Below are positions 1 to 18,338 of a DNA stretch of 64,000 nucleotides, one piece after another. The translations under genes and the position numbers were made by a program. Source of the stretch: the human T2T-CHM13v2.0 reference genome, Homo sapiens; NCBI RefSeq assembly GCF_009914755.1, contig NC_060938.1. One strand, written 5' to 3'. The notes beneath the pieces were generated by a model, which had not been told where the DNA came from, ran no database searches, and saw only the letters and a program-made list of their open reading frames with translations. The stretch's first letter is position 1. Every line of letters starts with the position of its first letter.

Positions 1-574
1 TTGATAGCAGATTATGTGAATTTAGATTTGTTTTCAGATCATTTTTTTAAAAAAGGCATATATGAGAACGAGAATCTAGGAATCAATTCCATTGAAACTA
101 CTGGTGCATGCCAACCTGATAGAAAGTCTTTATGTACCCCAGGGCCCCAGGTTGAAGACTTTTCGTTGAGAAAAGGCAAAAATAGTGTCACCACAGTTTC
201 TTAAGCAATACAGGCATTCAATAAAGTTGCCTGAGTGAGTGACTCTGAATGCAATTAATGGGATAAGAAAATAGGTGACTGGGTGCCAAAATAAGCAACC
301 CAGCCAACTTAGTGCTAAGTAATTCAAAGAAGAGAGATAAAAACATGTAGAGGTGTTAAATAGCAAATCATACAAAAAAGATATTTTTGCATACCAAAGA
401 TCTGTGAATGCATTTCTAAGTGTTCAATATTTATGAATGGCTATGAGATTGAAAGCTGCTTCAGGGCAGAAGCTGTGTGTTATTTATCTTTGCCTTTTTC
501 TCAGTAAAGCACTAGCTGCTGACCCAAAAATTGTTCCAATTCAAATCACTTAAATTCAATGCTAGGGCAGAATG

Positions 575-820
575 CTAGTTGTTAAAAAAAAGTAGACTCT
601 GGACCAGCTTACCTGTGTCTAAGTCTCAGTTTTTCCATTTAGTATGCGTGTAACTTTGGGCAAGTTGTTTAATCTCTCTGGACCTTAGTTTTCTCATCTG
701 TGAAATGGTTTGCATAATGGTACTTATAATACTTCACTCAGTTATTATTGGCTCATGTAAATGATATCAAATCGTAACACATGCATACTTTACATTTTAC
801 ATACATTAGCTATTTTTATT
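575..820 (+). mobile_element. MIR SINE, degraded
   Basis: MIR core-like motif gtaactttgggcaagttgtttaatctctctggaccttagttttctcatctgtgaaatgg; boundaries approximate. Confidence 0.7.
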
Positions 821-1759
821 TAAGTTGCCTTTCCTGAAGTCATCAATATAAGTTTTACCTACTAAAGTAGAAAATTTTGTATTTTCCTTCTCTATTGATT
901 CAACATTTCCTAATAAGTGCCCATACCCCATGTGCGTTTATTCATTCACTGAGTAAAAGGGCAATGACAATTAAGCATATACTGTTGAAATGTTAATGCA
1001 TATTTTAGCAGTCTGTTGAGGAGGTTTAGAATCCTCTGAAAAGTTTGAAAACGATTGATAATAGATTTCCTTTTTCGTTTTTTCAATGAAGACTGGAATT
1101 GGAATACCTGTCATATATTAATTTAGTTTTTGAAAGAAAAGTGATTGTTAGGAAATAATAAAGACAAGAAAACTGATTATTTTCTAAACTTCTTAAAAGC
1201 TTGTCATCATTATCACTACCATCACCAACAAGAATATAGACATTGACAATTATACATTTTTGAGGTGATCTTAAAATTTGTGAAAACACTTTCAATAAAC
1301 GTAATAAATAGAAAGTTTACTCCTTGAAAAAGAAAAATCCAAGAAATCTTAATTCAACATCATTTTACAGTTAACTAGAACATTCTCTTAAATAGCGTGA
1401 AATTTTAAAATGAAAACCAAAACAATTATTTTTTAAATTTTTACTGTCATTTAGATCAAATCTTTAACATACAAATCAAAACAATTGTTTAATGTCCTGA
1501 ATATATACTTATACATCTATTATTTTAGGAGGTGCAAGTATATAACACACTTATGTGCTATTATGTAAGCTCTGGAAACTATTCTTGCCTTACAGTTAAT
1601 GCAGAAATTTGCACTAAATTATCCTTTATTTAGTACTTTTATAATATATACTATGTTCTGGTTAATAATACACCAATCCCATGTTTCTCTGGGAAATTGA
1701 ATCAAATTTATGAAGTTATGCTGTATATAAACACATTTTGCAATGCGATTTATAAATGA

Positions 1760-2087
<328 letters not shown>

Positions 2088-2414
2088 TACAATTTTTATA
2101 ATTAACTTGCACTTACCTGGACTCTCAGTGAAAAGAAAGGTCTGTAAGAACCATAATAAATAATTCAGTTTTTCATAGCTTTTATGCTTAGAACATTTTG
2201 GAACTGCATCAGTTAAAAATTAATTCTAATCCTAAATGCCATTTTCCCTCCAGCAGTATTATGGGATGTGTGTTTTGATACTACACTAAGAATTCAAATT
2301 GGCTAGATCACAGCATATCTACCACAGAACACTAAAAAAGCAATCTTTTATTTAATCTGGTTAATCTTATATTTGCTTTTGTATAACCTGTTTATCAAGG
2401 AGAAAAAGATCATT

Positions 2415-2560
2415 TCATTTACTCATTTAGTTATTCATTCAGCAAATATTTATTTAGGGCCTGTCATGTTACACACACTGTTAGCTTCAATAAAGTCCTT
2501 GTTTTCATGAAGCTTATGGTATTGTGGTGAATATAGATAAACAAAATCAGATACTATAAT
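2415..2560 (-). mobile_element. L2 LINE 3' end fragment
   Basis: ttattcattcagcaaatatttatttagggcctgtcatgtt resembles the reverse complement of the L2 3' terminus. Confidence 0.5.
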
Positions 2561-3499
2561 ATATTGCGGTACACAAGCTATGATTTTAAGTGACTTTTTA
2601 TTGGAAAGAAATTCAATATCCTATCCCTCAGAGTTATTGGCATTGTCTTTAGTCTTAATTACCATTAATACCAATAGTCTTGCTCCTGTAACTTCCTTAT
2701 AAATTGTTATATCACTGGAGGGATGACACACAGAACTCAGAGCCTGTAAGCAAATGATAAACGGTAGACAATTTGGCAATTTTATCTAAATTAGTCACGT
2801 TATATGAAACAATAAAATGCAAATCAGCTACAGCTACATATCTATCCTTTTTCTGTGTCAGAAAAAATATTTTCCGGAGGATTATCAAATCTCCATTTGC
2901 ACATTTCACAAGTAGCTGAAATCATGTAGCATCTCTGATTAACTTCTAAAATTCGATACCATGCAGAGAATAACTTACCCATGGTGATAGTCAGAATAGT
3001 GTCAAGTTCATGAGCTGGAGCACACAAATCTAACTTTCAAGTTGAATTTCATATCGGAAGTACTTGGGAAATGTGTTACTATGCAATCTAAAGATATCAA
3101 ATTATATATACAGCAAACTCTCTGTGTTACTAGGGAGGAAATGTTTTCTGATCCTATCCATGAACTAGAGCATGCAATCCATATGCAGTCCATTAACGGA
3201 ATACAGAGAATGGTTATCAATACACCACTAACATTTTTTATAATATTAGATTATATTAGACTCCCTGGATGCTTACATCTTGCCCTGTCATTATCAGATT
3301 TGGTGAAATTAATTGCCATAGTTTTTACCTTGATAAAATGTAAAATAAAATCCCTGGTATACTGCTGGATGATATTCTATGCTAAAGAGATAATATTTAG
3401 AAAATTGCTTTTACTACAAGTAGAGACTTTACATATTTTTATTTTTATTATAAGTGTCAAACATATATATTTTTTCAGTTAGTTGCTTTTCTCTTTATT

Positions 3500-5650
3500 T
3501 TCTTGTGGTGTCAATTAATTGATATGAGTTATTAATTTGACAGTATCAAATGCTCAATATTCATTTCTATGATCACACTTGATGTGTCCTGTTAAGATAT
3601 GCTTCCTCTTCTCCAAGTAATGGGGAAAATCTATATACTTAAAAAAATCTTTCTTTTCTAATTTATAAAATAAATTTCTATATTGACACCGAATTTTATA
3701 AAAACTGTTTTATGGGTTTTTTATGCCAATGATCATTTGTCCCATCACTTATTAAATTGTCCATTCTTTTTCCAAAGACCTATTTTGACTCTTCTGTGAT
3801 ATATTAATAACTTTTATATATGTGTGGATATGTTTCTTAGCTTTCTGTTCTGTGCCATTTATTTATTTCTTCATGACCATGTCAGAATCTTACCACATAT
3901 TATATTAATGACTTCAGTTTGTAAGACCTTTATTTATTCTAGGTCAAATATACTCACTCTATTGATTTTTAATCGTAAATGTCTTGGATAATCTTGGTTC
4001 TTTGGACTTCTATAAAAATTTTATTTTTTAGTTATCAAGTCAATAATAACTTTGTTGGGATGTTGGTTAGAATTGCAATGACTATATAAATTTGGGTAGA
4101 GTTGAAATCTTTATGAAGTTAGTGCAATCTCTACAAAATTAATTACTTTGTACTTCCCTAATATTTTTAATTAAATATTTTATAATTTTTTTCTTTCTTT
4201 TGTAAATTTAATCCTAGAGAACTACCTCATGTTCTCCCCTTCAAATCTTTACCATTCGTTTACTTTATTTGTCAAAATGTCCTTTCTAAAACTTCTGGTA
4301 CAGTGTTTAATAGAATAAATGATCAGAATGTTATTTTAATTAAATATACCTGCTTTGCTTTGGTTACTATTTTGTGAGACTGAGAATCTATGCTTTCAAC
4401 TGAAAAATTTAGTGTATTTACATTATATAAAAATAGGGTAAATATATTCATTTGGCTTATGAATATGTTTGAAATTATTTCTACCAAGTAATTTGGGGGT
4501 TATTTGTCACAATTTTACGTTTTATTCAATTCCTAATATTTTAAATTTAGGGTTCTATGGTTGGTTTTGGCCTCATTCTCTTTTTTGCCTTTCAGCTTTT
4601 TGAAAGATACATATTTTTATTTTTATGCTAACAGTCATTAACTTGTAACAATACATTTAAACATTTAAAGTTAAGTAATATATTTGCATTAATTTGAAAT
4701 AAACTATGCTGTAATGCTGATCACCCCATCATTGTTATTCCACCTCTCAAACTTCTGTTTATTTTTTATTCTGTAAATTAAACATTATTATTGATATGTA
4801 TAGACAAGTTTTGCTTAGATTTAACTACATTGTTACAGTTTTCTTAATTTATTTGTTCTTTTTGCTTATCAGAGATTTATTTTTTAATATTCCCAGGGAA
4901 TTTTGTTAATGAGAGCTTCTTGATGGTAAAAGATTGGAGTTTTATTTATATAAAATACTTTTATTTCACAATCCCTCTTGTGAAAGAATTTACATGACAT
5001 AAGAATTCTAGTTTGACAATTATTTTCTCATAGAACAGTGAAGAAATTGTCTTCTGTTATCTACCCTTGTTGAGACAGTTGCAACTGTCAATGTAGTTCC
5101 CTTCAAATAATCTATCTTTTTTTTTCTATATCTACTTCAAGACTCTTTGTTATTTTGCCGTTTGGCTATGGTATAGATTTATTTTTATTTTCTAAGTTTG
5201 TAGTTCTTATAGTAACAGACAATAAAAATCTTTGTCGCTAAATCTATGCTGAATAATTCTCAGCTGTTGTTTCTTTCAAGAAAATTTCATCACTCTCTGC
5301 TGTCTACCCTATGATCTCATTCAGGAACTCTGAACTATGCTAACTGCTATTTCCAAATTTCCACTTCTTTATCTCTCTTTGCTACATTATTTGTAAATTT
5401 TGTATAGTTAAAATTGCGAGTGTCTTTATCTTCTGTCATGGTTAGTCTGCTGTTAAGTATTTACTTAGAATTATAATTTCTATTGTTATCTTTTTATTTT
5501 TTTCATTGCTTTTTGCTATGTATTGTATTCTTTCTGGTATTTCCTTAAGCATACTAGACATGCTCATTTCACATTTTCCACCTGATAATTTTGCTAGTGG
5601 GATAAAGTGGGAAATTGATCGATTTGCTTGAAGTATTTGCTAATACATAT
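3500..5650 (-). mobile_element. Ancient L1M fragments (ORF2 then ORF1-like region), heavily decayed
   Basis: T-rich segments homologous to antisense L1, e.g. gctttctgttctgtgccattt, ttggttagaattgcaatgactatataaatttgggtaga, aagaattctagtttgacaattattttct. Confidence 0.6.
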
Positions 5651-6433
5651 TTTTTATGGTTCTTTGAAATAATTTTGACAGTGTTCAATTATATTACAGT
5701 TAAAAATAATGTTAAACAAGATTTTAATAAATGGTTCTGACACAAATTACTATCTTAAGAATTATGAACTTCTTAAGACTATAACACCCATATCTTTTGT
5801 CACATGTAGAAATAAATTAAATCTTTTTCTTAGACATAGATTTTTTAAAAAAATTTTGCAAGAAATGTGCAACTACTAATACTATCCTGAGTCAAGAAGG
5901 AGTTTCTCAACCCAGACAGAAGACTCAAAGGATGTATAAAAATAAAATTTGGGATATAGAAAATATACCATGAAAAATCTACAAATAATAGATTCTGAAA
6001 AAATACATTTATGATGACAATGTAACATGCAGAATATTTAAATATTAATGAAAAAACTAGTCCAATGAGAAAATGGACAATGATAGCCAAGAACAGCCAC
6101 CACAAAAAAGAAAACCTCAAATTTAAGCTAATGATTAAGAATTCTTTCCATGAGTATTCTATGAGGCATATTTTAGGGGGTCTTCCTCCATGAAGTAGCT
6201 GTGTTTTGCCTCTGCCAAGCATCTATTACACAATAAAATTTTTCTTTGCTAAATGGAATTATTTTTTAAGGTTTCACATTACACAGTTATGATCTTCAGT
6301 TCCAAAAGTATGTTAGCTTACGTACATTTATGAAATATCAAAGGAAATTTCCTTTTTCTTCAGTACCAACCAAACTAATGATGAGAAAGAAAATTCTTCC
6401 TTCAGTCTGGCATTGCTGAGTAAGTTTTTTCTA

Positions 6434-6852
<419 letters not shown>

Positions 6853-7575
6853 TTAAACCTCCCAGATCGCTGGATATGCTCAGGAAATGTGTTAGAGGCA
6901 CTATTGTCTTAATTCCTTTGTCATGTATTCCTGGCCTTAGAGAAATCTTATTACATTTTTGGAGTCTTGTCTAATCATTTAAAAGACTTCATTTGATTTT
7001 ATGTAGTAATTTTATCTATGTTTTAGCAGAAGAGTTTTAGGTTATCTAGTTTCCCATGTATTCTAATAATGGAATTTCATTGTTTCTTTATATTTTGTTT
7101 ATATTTAACATGGGTAGATTTGTGCAGATCTTCTACAAGTTATGATATACTGTCAGACAGTTCTTGTGACCCATTTGCTTTACACAAACTCTAGGTCAGA
7201 AGTGCTACTTTAAAGAAAGATTGTTCAAATTCTACTTCGAGGACTGGATACTGGGTTGACTGGTTACAATTATATGGGTGGAGAAGGGTACTTAATTTGA
7301 GCCATGTGCATAAACTGGTAAAGAAAGTTCACCATGCTGTCACTTGATGTGATTTTTAAAAATTTTTTTATTGTACTTTAAGTTCTAGGGTGCATGTGCA
7401 CAACGTGCAGGTTTTTTACAGAGGTATATATGTGCCATATTGGTTTGCTGCACCCATCAACTCGTCATTTACATTAGGTATTTATCCTAACGCTATCCCT
7501 CCCCAAGCCCCCCACCCCCCAACAGGCCCCACTGTGTGATGTTCCCCCCACCCTGTGTCCATGTGTTCTCATTGT

Positions 7576-11656
<4,081 letters not shown>

Positions 11657-11719
11657 AATGATGTTAACTGGTTATTTTGCCTATTAATTGATGCAGTTTC
11701 TTCATAGCGTTGACGGCCT

Positions 11720-12741
11720 TTACCATTTGGCATGTTTTTGCAGTGGCTGGTACCAGTTGTTCCTTTCCATGTTTCGTGCTTCCTTTAAAAGAGCTCTTGT
11801 AAGGCAGGCCTGGTGTTGACAAAATCTCTCAGCATTTGCTTGTCTGTAAAGGATTTTATTTCTCCTTCACTTATGAAGCTTAATTTGGCTGGATATGGAA
11901 TTCTGGGTTGAAAATTCTTTTCATTAAGAATTTTGATTATTGGCCCCACTCTCTTCTAGCTTATAGGGTTTCTGCCAAGTGATCTGCTGTTAGTCTGATA
12001 GGCTTACCTTTGTGGGTAACCTGACCTTTCTCTCTGGCTGCCCTTAACATTTTTTCCTTTATTTCAACCTTGGTGAATCTGACAGTTATGTGTCTTGGGG
12101 TTGTTCTTCTCAAGGAGTATCTTGTGGTGTTCTCTGTATTTCCTGAATTTGAATGTTGGCCTGCCTTGCTAAGTTAGGGAAGTTCTACTGGATAATATCC
12201 TGAACAGTGTTTTCTAACTTGGTTCCATTCTCCCCGTCTCTTTCTGGTACACCAATCAAACGTATATTTCTGTTTTTCACATAGTCCCATATTTCTTGGA
12301 GGTTTTGTTCATTTCTTTTTGCTCTTTGTTTTCTAATCTTGTCTTCTAACTTTATTTCATTAAATTGATCTTCAATCACTGATATTCTTTCTTCCACTTG
12401 ATTGAATCAGCTATTGAAGCTTGTGCATGTTCACGAAGCTCTCATGCCATGGTTTTCAGCTCCATCACGTCATTTAAGGTCTTCTCTACACTGTTTATTC
12501 TAGTTAGCCATTCGTCTAACCTTTTTTCAAGGTTTTTACCTTCCTTGCAGTGAGTTAGAACATGCTCTTTTAGCTCAGAGAAGTTTGTTATTACAGACCT
12601 TCTGAAGCCTACTTCCGTCAGCTCATCAAACTTATTCTCTGTCCAGTTTTGTTCCCTTGCTGGTGAGGAGCTGTGATCCTTTGGAAAAGAGGCACTCTGT
12701 TTTTTGGAATTTTCAGCTTTTCTGCTCTGGTTTGTCCCCAT
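11720..12741 (-). pseudogene. L1 ORF1 (RNA-binding p40), disrupted
   Basis: MGTNQSRKAENSK... and ...NEQNLQEIWDYVK...IRLIGVPERDGENGTKLENT fragments; stop at 11720-11722. Confidence 0.92.
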
Positions 12742-13754
12742 CTTTGTGGTTTTATCTACCTTCAGTCTTTGATGTTGGTGACCTACAGATAGAGTTTTGA
12801 TGTGGATGTCCTTTTTGTTGATGTTGATGCTATTTCTTTCTGTTTGTTAGTTTTTCTTCTAACAGTCAGATCCCTCAGCTGCAGGTCTGTTGGAGTCTGC
12901 TGGAGGTCCACTCTAGACCCTGTTTGCCTGGGTATCACCAGCGGAGGCTGCAGAACAGTAAATATTGCCACCTGATCCTTCCTCTGGAAGCGTTGTCCCA
13001 GAGGGGCACCCACCTGTTTGAGGTGTCTGTTGGCCCCTACTGGGAGGTGTTTCCCAGTCAGGCTACACAGGGGTCAAGGACCCACTTGAGGAGGCAGTCT
13101 ATCTGTTCTCAGAGCTCAGTCGCCTTGCTGAGAGAACCACTGCTCTCTTCAGGGCTGTCAGACAGGGACATTTAAGTCTGCAGAAGCTGTCTGCTGCCTT
13201 TTGTTCTACTATGCCCTGCCCTCAGCGGTGGAATCTATAGAAGCAATAGGCCTTGTTGAGCTGTGGTGGGCTCCGCCCAGTTTGTGCTTCTGGGCCTCTT
13301 TGTTTACACTGTGAGCTACTCAAACCTCAGCAATGGCGGACACCCCTGTCCCTGCCAATCTGCAACATCACAGGTCAATTTCAGACTGTTGCGCTAGCAG
13401 TGAGCAAGGCTCTGTGAGCTTGGGACCCACTGAGCCAGGCACAGGAGGGTATCTCCTTGTCTGCAGGTTGCACAGTATTTGGTCAAGAGTGTACAGTTTC
13501 TCCAGGTACAGTCTGTCATGGCTTCCCTTGGCTAGGAAAGGGAAATCCTTCAACCCCTTGAGCTTCCTGGGTGAGGCAACACCCTGCCCTGCTTCAGCTC
13601 ACCCTCCGTAGTCTGCACCTACTATCCAACCAGTCCCAATGAGATGAACCAGGTATTTCAGTTGGAAATGCAGGAATCACTCGTCTTCTGCATCCGTCTT
13701 ACTGGGAGCCGCAGACTGTAGCTGATCCTATTCGGCCATTTTGGAAGCGCTCTC
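12742..13754 (-). promoter_or_regulatory. L1 5'UTR (internal sense/antisense promoter region), CpG-decayed
   Basis: Lies upstream of ORF1; YY1-type site caaaatggccg at the 5' end; most CpGs lost, so activity is uncertain. Confidence 0.75.
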
Positions 13755-14501
13755 TTCATTCTTCAGGATGTTATTTTTTAAATGTCTAGCACTAGAGTTT
13801 CTTTGACAGATTAGATGGTGAATCCTGTTTCAATGCAAAGATCCTTTTGGATACACCTGCACTTCAGCATGAAACCTTTAATTATAAGCTTCATTCACTT
13901 GGCATAATGTTTTCTTCATTTTTAATAAATATTTTATTTTAGAGCATTTTTAAATTTACAAAAAAGTTGCAAAGAGGTTATATAAAGATTTTATATACTA
14001 CTCATTTAACTTTCTCTATTGCCTTCCCAATTAGAATATAGTGCTTATGCACAGTTCCTTAATGCCTTTAATTTTAAAATTTACTTGGGTCAGTATATTT
14101 ACCCCACATCTTTCAGTGAGGTTATTTTACACACTTACAAGGTTAGATGCTTTTGTAGCATTCTATATTATATCCTGGAATTCCCTGCTCTCCTACATTA
14201 TTTAAAAATGTTTTTATACATTATGTTTTTATTTTTGGTGCTATAATATTCTATGGCTTTTAACAAAAGCATAGTGCCACTATCCATGATTACAGTGTCA
14301 TATAGAATAGTTTTACTGTTCTGAAACATTCACTGTACTTCCCTTACTCAAAACATACCCTTCCCCAAATTCCTGGCAACCACTTATCTATAATTTCTAT
14401 AGTTTTGCATTTTCCAGGATACTAGCTGAATGGAATGGTGCAGTATGTTGTCTTTACACATTGAGTAAATTCACTAAGAAATATGCATTTAAGAATTATC
14501 T

Positions 14502-14820
14502 AGCCTGGGTGCAGTGGCTCACACCTGTAATCCCAGCAATTTGGTGGAGTGAGGCGGGTGGATCACTTGAACTCAGGAGTTAAAGACCAGTCTGGGCAAT
14601 ATGGCAAAACCGTGTCTCTACCAAAAATACAAAAATTAGGTGGGCTTGGTGGCACATGCCTGTAGTCCCAGCTACCTGGGACGCTGAGGTGGGAGACATC
14701 TTGAACCCAGAAGGTGGATGTTGCAGTGAGCCTAGAATATGCCACTGCACTTCAGCCTGGGTGACAGAACAATACCTTGTTAAAAATAATAATAATAAAA
14801 AAAAAACACATCAGCAAAAA
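14502..14820 (+). mobile_element. Alu SINE (AluJb-like)
   Basis: gatcacttgaactcaggagt...ctgggcaatatggcaaaacc (J-type); A-rich tail; degenerate TSD aagaattatct / aaaacttatgt. Confidence 0.92.
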
Positions 14821-16545
14821 AAAACTTATGTATTTGTATTTGCATGGATTCAAAACTCATTCCTTTTTTTCACTGAATTGGTTTCCATTCTATGGGATAT
14901 ACCACATTTGCTTAATAATTTACCTTCAAAAGGATATTTTGATTGCTTTCTGTTTTGAGTGTCCATGAAGAGATCTGCTCTCAATATTTTTGTGCGTATT
15001 TGTATATGAACATCAGTTTTCAGATAAGTTGAGTAAATACCCAGGAGCAAAATTTCTGAATTGTATTGAAAAAATAGATTTGGCCTTGTAAAACCTGCCA
15101 AACTATATCAAAATAGAGATACCATTTTATATTCCCACCAGGAAGGAATAAGGGATTTTTTGCTCTGTAACCCTGTTAGTAGATTCTTAAATTTTTGGAT
15201 TTCAGCCATTCTAATAGATGGGTGTTCATATCTCTTTTTTTTTTTAATTTTTTCATTTGCAGTCCTCTAATAGCAAATTATGTTGACTATGTTTTGTATA
15301 TGCTATTTTCTACCTGTCTGTCTACTTTGGTAAAATATCTGTTCACATCTTATGCTCATTTTAAAATTGAAATTTCATTTTCTTAATGAGTTTTAATAAT
15401 TCTTTTTATATTTGGGTTGTAAGTCCTCTTTCAGAAATATGATTTTTCAACTATTTTTCAAAAAGTTGACCCAATTAGGCATTAGTGGTTTTAACAGAAC
15501 AAAAGTTTACTTAATACATTCTAAAACCAACCTTTTCCTTTTCTGATTGTGCTTTTGTTATTGTACCTGAAAATTGAAAGGTTTTTCAGCCTTTGTTCAC
15601 ATGAATTTTTTTCCGATTTTTCTCTATAATTTTTATGGTATTGCATTTATTATTTAGAGCTATGATTTATTTTGTGCTAATATAATATTTGGTTAAATTA
15701 TAAGGTCTGTATCTGTGTTCAATTTTGTTTTTTAATAGGGATGTTCAATTGTTCCAGCAACATTTATTAAATCGTCTATCTCTTTTTAGCTGAATTGCCC
15801 ATGGTCCTTTGTTCAAAACCAATAAACAATATTTGTATGTGTCTATTTCTGAACACTCTATTCTGTCATATTCATCTATGTGTTATTCTCTTATTAACAC
15901 TGTTTTGATTACTGCAGATTTATAGATGGCTACAGGAAGCTTTATAGGAGTCTTGAAATTGGGGTAGTGCCAGTACTCCTACTTTGTTCTACTTTAGCAT
16001 GTTATTGACTGTCCTAGATTCTTGCCTTTCTATGTAAATTATAAATGTTTATCTACAAGTATGAAATATTGTTCTGTGGTTTTTATTGGAATCTTATTAA
16101 TTTTTAGATCAAATTGTTAATAATTGATATTCTAACCATTGAATTTCCCATCAATGTACATGACGTATCTATTATTTTGATCTTCTATGATTTATTTCAT
16201 CAGTGTTTCATATTTTTCTACATTTATAATCTGTATATATTTTGTTAGGTTGATATCTAAATGTTTATAGATATAGATGCTATTGTAATTAGTACTTTTT
16301 TACATTTCAAATTCCCATTTTTTGTTGCTTATATTGAAAATTAACCAACTTTTACATATTGACTTTGTATTTTGCATGCATATTCTACATGCTTATTAGT
16401 ACCAGGAGTTTTTTGTTGTAGGTTCTTTTGACTTTTCTCCATAGACAATCATGTTATTGGCAAATAAAGACAGTTAGATTTCTTCATTTTTAGTCTGGAT
16501 AGATTTTATTTATATTTGTTTTAATACACTAACTTGGACTTCCAT

Positions 16546-18338
16546 TGAATTAGTACGTTTTCACATGGCTACATAAAACTACTTGAGACCGGGTAATTTA
16601 TGAAGTAAAGAGGTTTGACTCACATTCTGCATGCTTAACAGGAAGCATGGCTGGGAGGCCTCAGGAAACTGATAATCATGGCGGAAGGTGAAGAGAAAGC
16701 TCTTCACATGGTGGGAAGAGAGAGAGAGAGTGAAGGGGGAAGTGTCACAGACTTTCAAACAACCAGATCATTAAATTTTAAAGCTCCAAAATAGTCTTTG
16801 AATCCATGTCACATATCCAGGGCATGGTGATTCAAGACATGAGCTCCCAAGGCCTTGGGTAGCTCCACCTCTGTGGCTCCAAAGGGTACAGTACCCACCA
16901 CTGCTTATTCGGATGGCACTGAGAGCCTGTGGCTTTTCCAGGAACACTGCGCAAGCTGTCAGTGGATCTACATTTCTGGGTTCTGAAGGATGGTGGCCCT
17001 ATCTCACAGCTCTACTAGGCCATGTGCCAGTGCAGATTCTGTGTGGGGGCTCCAAACCCACATTTCCCCTCTCCACTGCCCTAGTAAAAGTTCTCCATGA
17101 GAGCTCTGCCCCTGCAGTAGACTTCTGCCTGGAAATCCATGTGCTTCCATACATCCTCTGAAATCTAGGCAGAGGTTCCCAAATCTCAACTCTTGACTTC
17201 TGTGCACCCAGAGACCCAACACCACGTGGAAGCCATCAAAGGTTGGGGCCTGTGCCCTGGGCCTGGCCCACAAAACCATTTCTCCTTCCTAGGCCTCCAG
17301 GCCTGTTATGGGAGGGGCTGTCATGAAGGTTCTGACATGCTTTATAGACATTTTCCCCATTGTCCTGGCTACTAACATCCAGCTCCTCTTTACTTATGCA
17401 AATTTCTGCAGCTGGCTGGAATTTCTCCCCACATTTTTTTTTCTTTTCTACCACATGGTCAGGTTGCAAATTTTCCAAAATTTTATGCTCTGCTTTTCTT
17501 TTAAACATAAGTTTTAATTTCAGAGCATCTCTTTGTGAATGCATATGACTGTATGCTATTAGGAGCAGCCAGGTAACTTCTTGAATACTTTGGTGCTTAG
17601 AAATTTCTTCTGCCAGATACACTAAATTATATCTCTCAAGTTCAAAGTTCCATAGATCTCTAGGAGGGGAAAATTGTCACCAATCCTTTTGCTAAAGCAT
17701 AGCAAGAGTAACCTATATTCCAGTTCCCAATAAGTTCCTCATCTTTATCTGAGACCACCTCAGCCTTGACTTCACTGTCCATATCACTATCAGCATTTTG
17801 GTCAAAACCAATCAACAAGTCTCTAGGAAGTTCCAAACGTTCTACATCATTCTTTCTTTAATTGCACACTCCAAACTATTCCATCCTCTGTCCATTACCG
17901 AGTTCAAAAATCACTTCTACATTTTCAGGTATCTTAACAGAAATGCCCCTTATTCCTGGTACCAATTTTCTGTATTTTTTCTCACACTGCTATAAAGAAC
18001 TATCTGAGACTGGGTAATTTATGAAGAAAAGAGATTTAATTAACTTACAGTTCCACAGACTTAAAAGGAAACATGACTGGGAGGCCTCAGGAAAATTATA
18101 ATCTTGGCAGAAGGTAAAGGGGAAGTTCTTCACATGGCGGGAGGAGAGAGAGAGAACAAAGGGGGAAGTGCCACACACTTCAAACAACCAGATCGTGTGA
18201 GAACTTACTATCATGAGACAAGAAAAAGGGAAGTTCACCCTCAAGATTCAATCACTTCCCACAATGCCCCTCCCCAAACATGTGGGGGTTACAAATTGAG
18301 ATGGGATTTGGGTAAGGACACAGACCCAACCCATATCA
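16546..18338 (-). mobile_element. THE1D-like MaLR provirus (LTR-int-LTR) with internal deletions
   Basis: Partial LTR 16546-16770, THE1/MST internal 16771-17970, complete LTR 17971-18338 ending ccatatca; 5-bp TSD tccat (16541-16545) / tccag (18339-18343). Confidence 0.9.

Noticed and set aside
3042-3482. 146-aa plus ORF in non-repeat sequence
   Set aside because: TTG start, I/L/F/K-rich composition typical of AT-rich non-coding DNA, no recognisable motif or splice context
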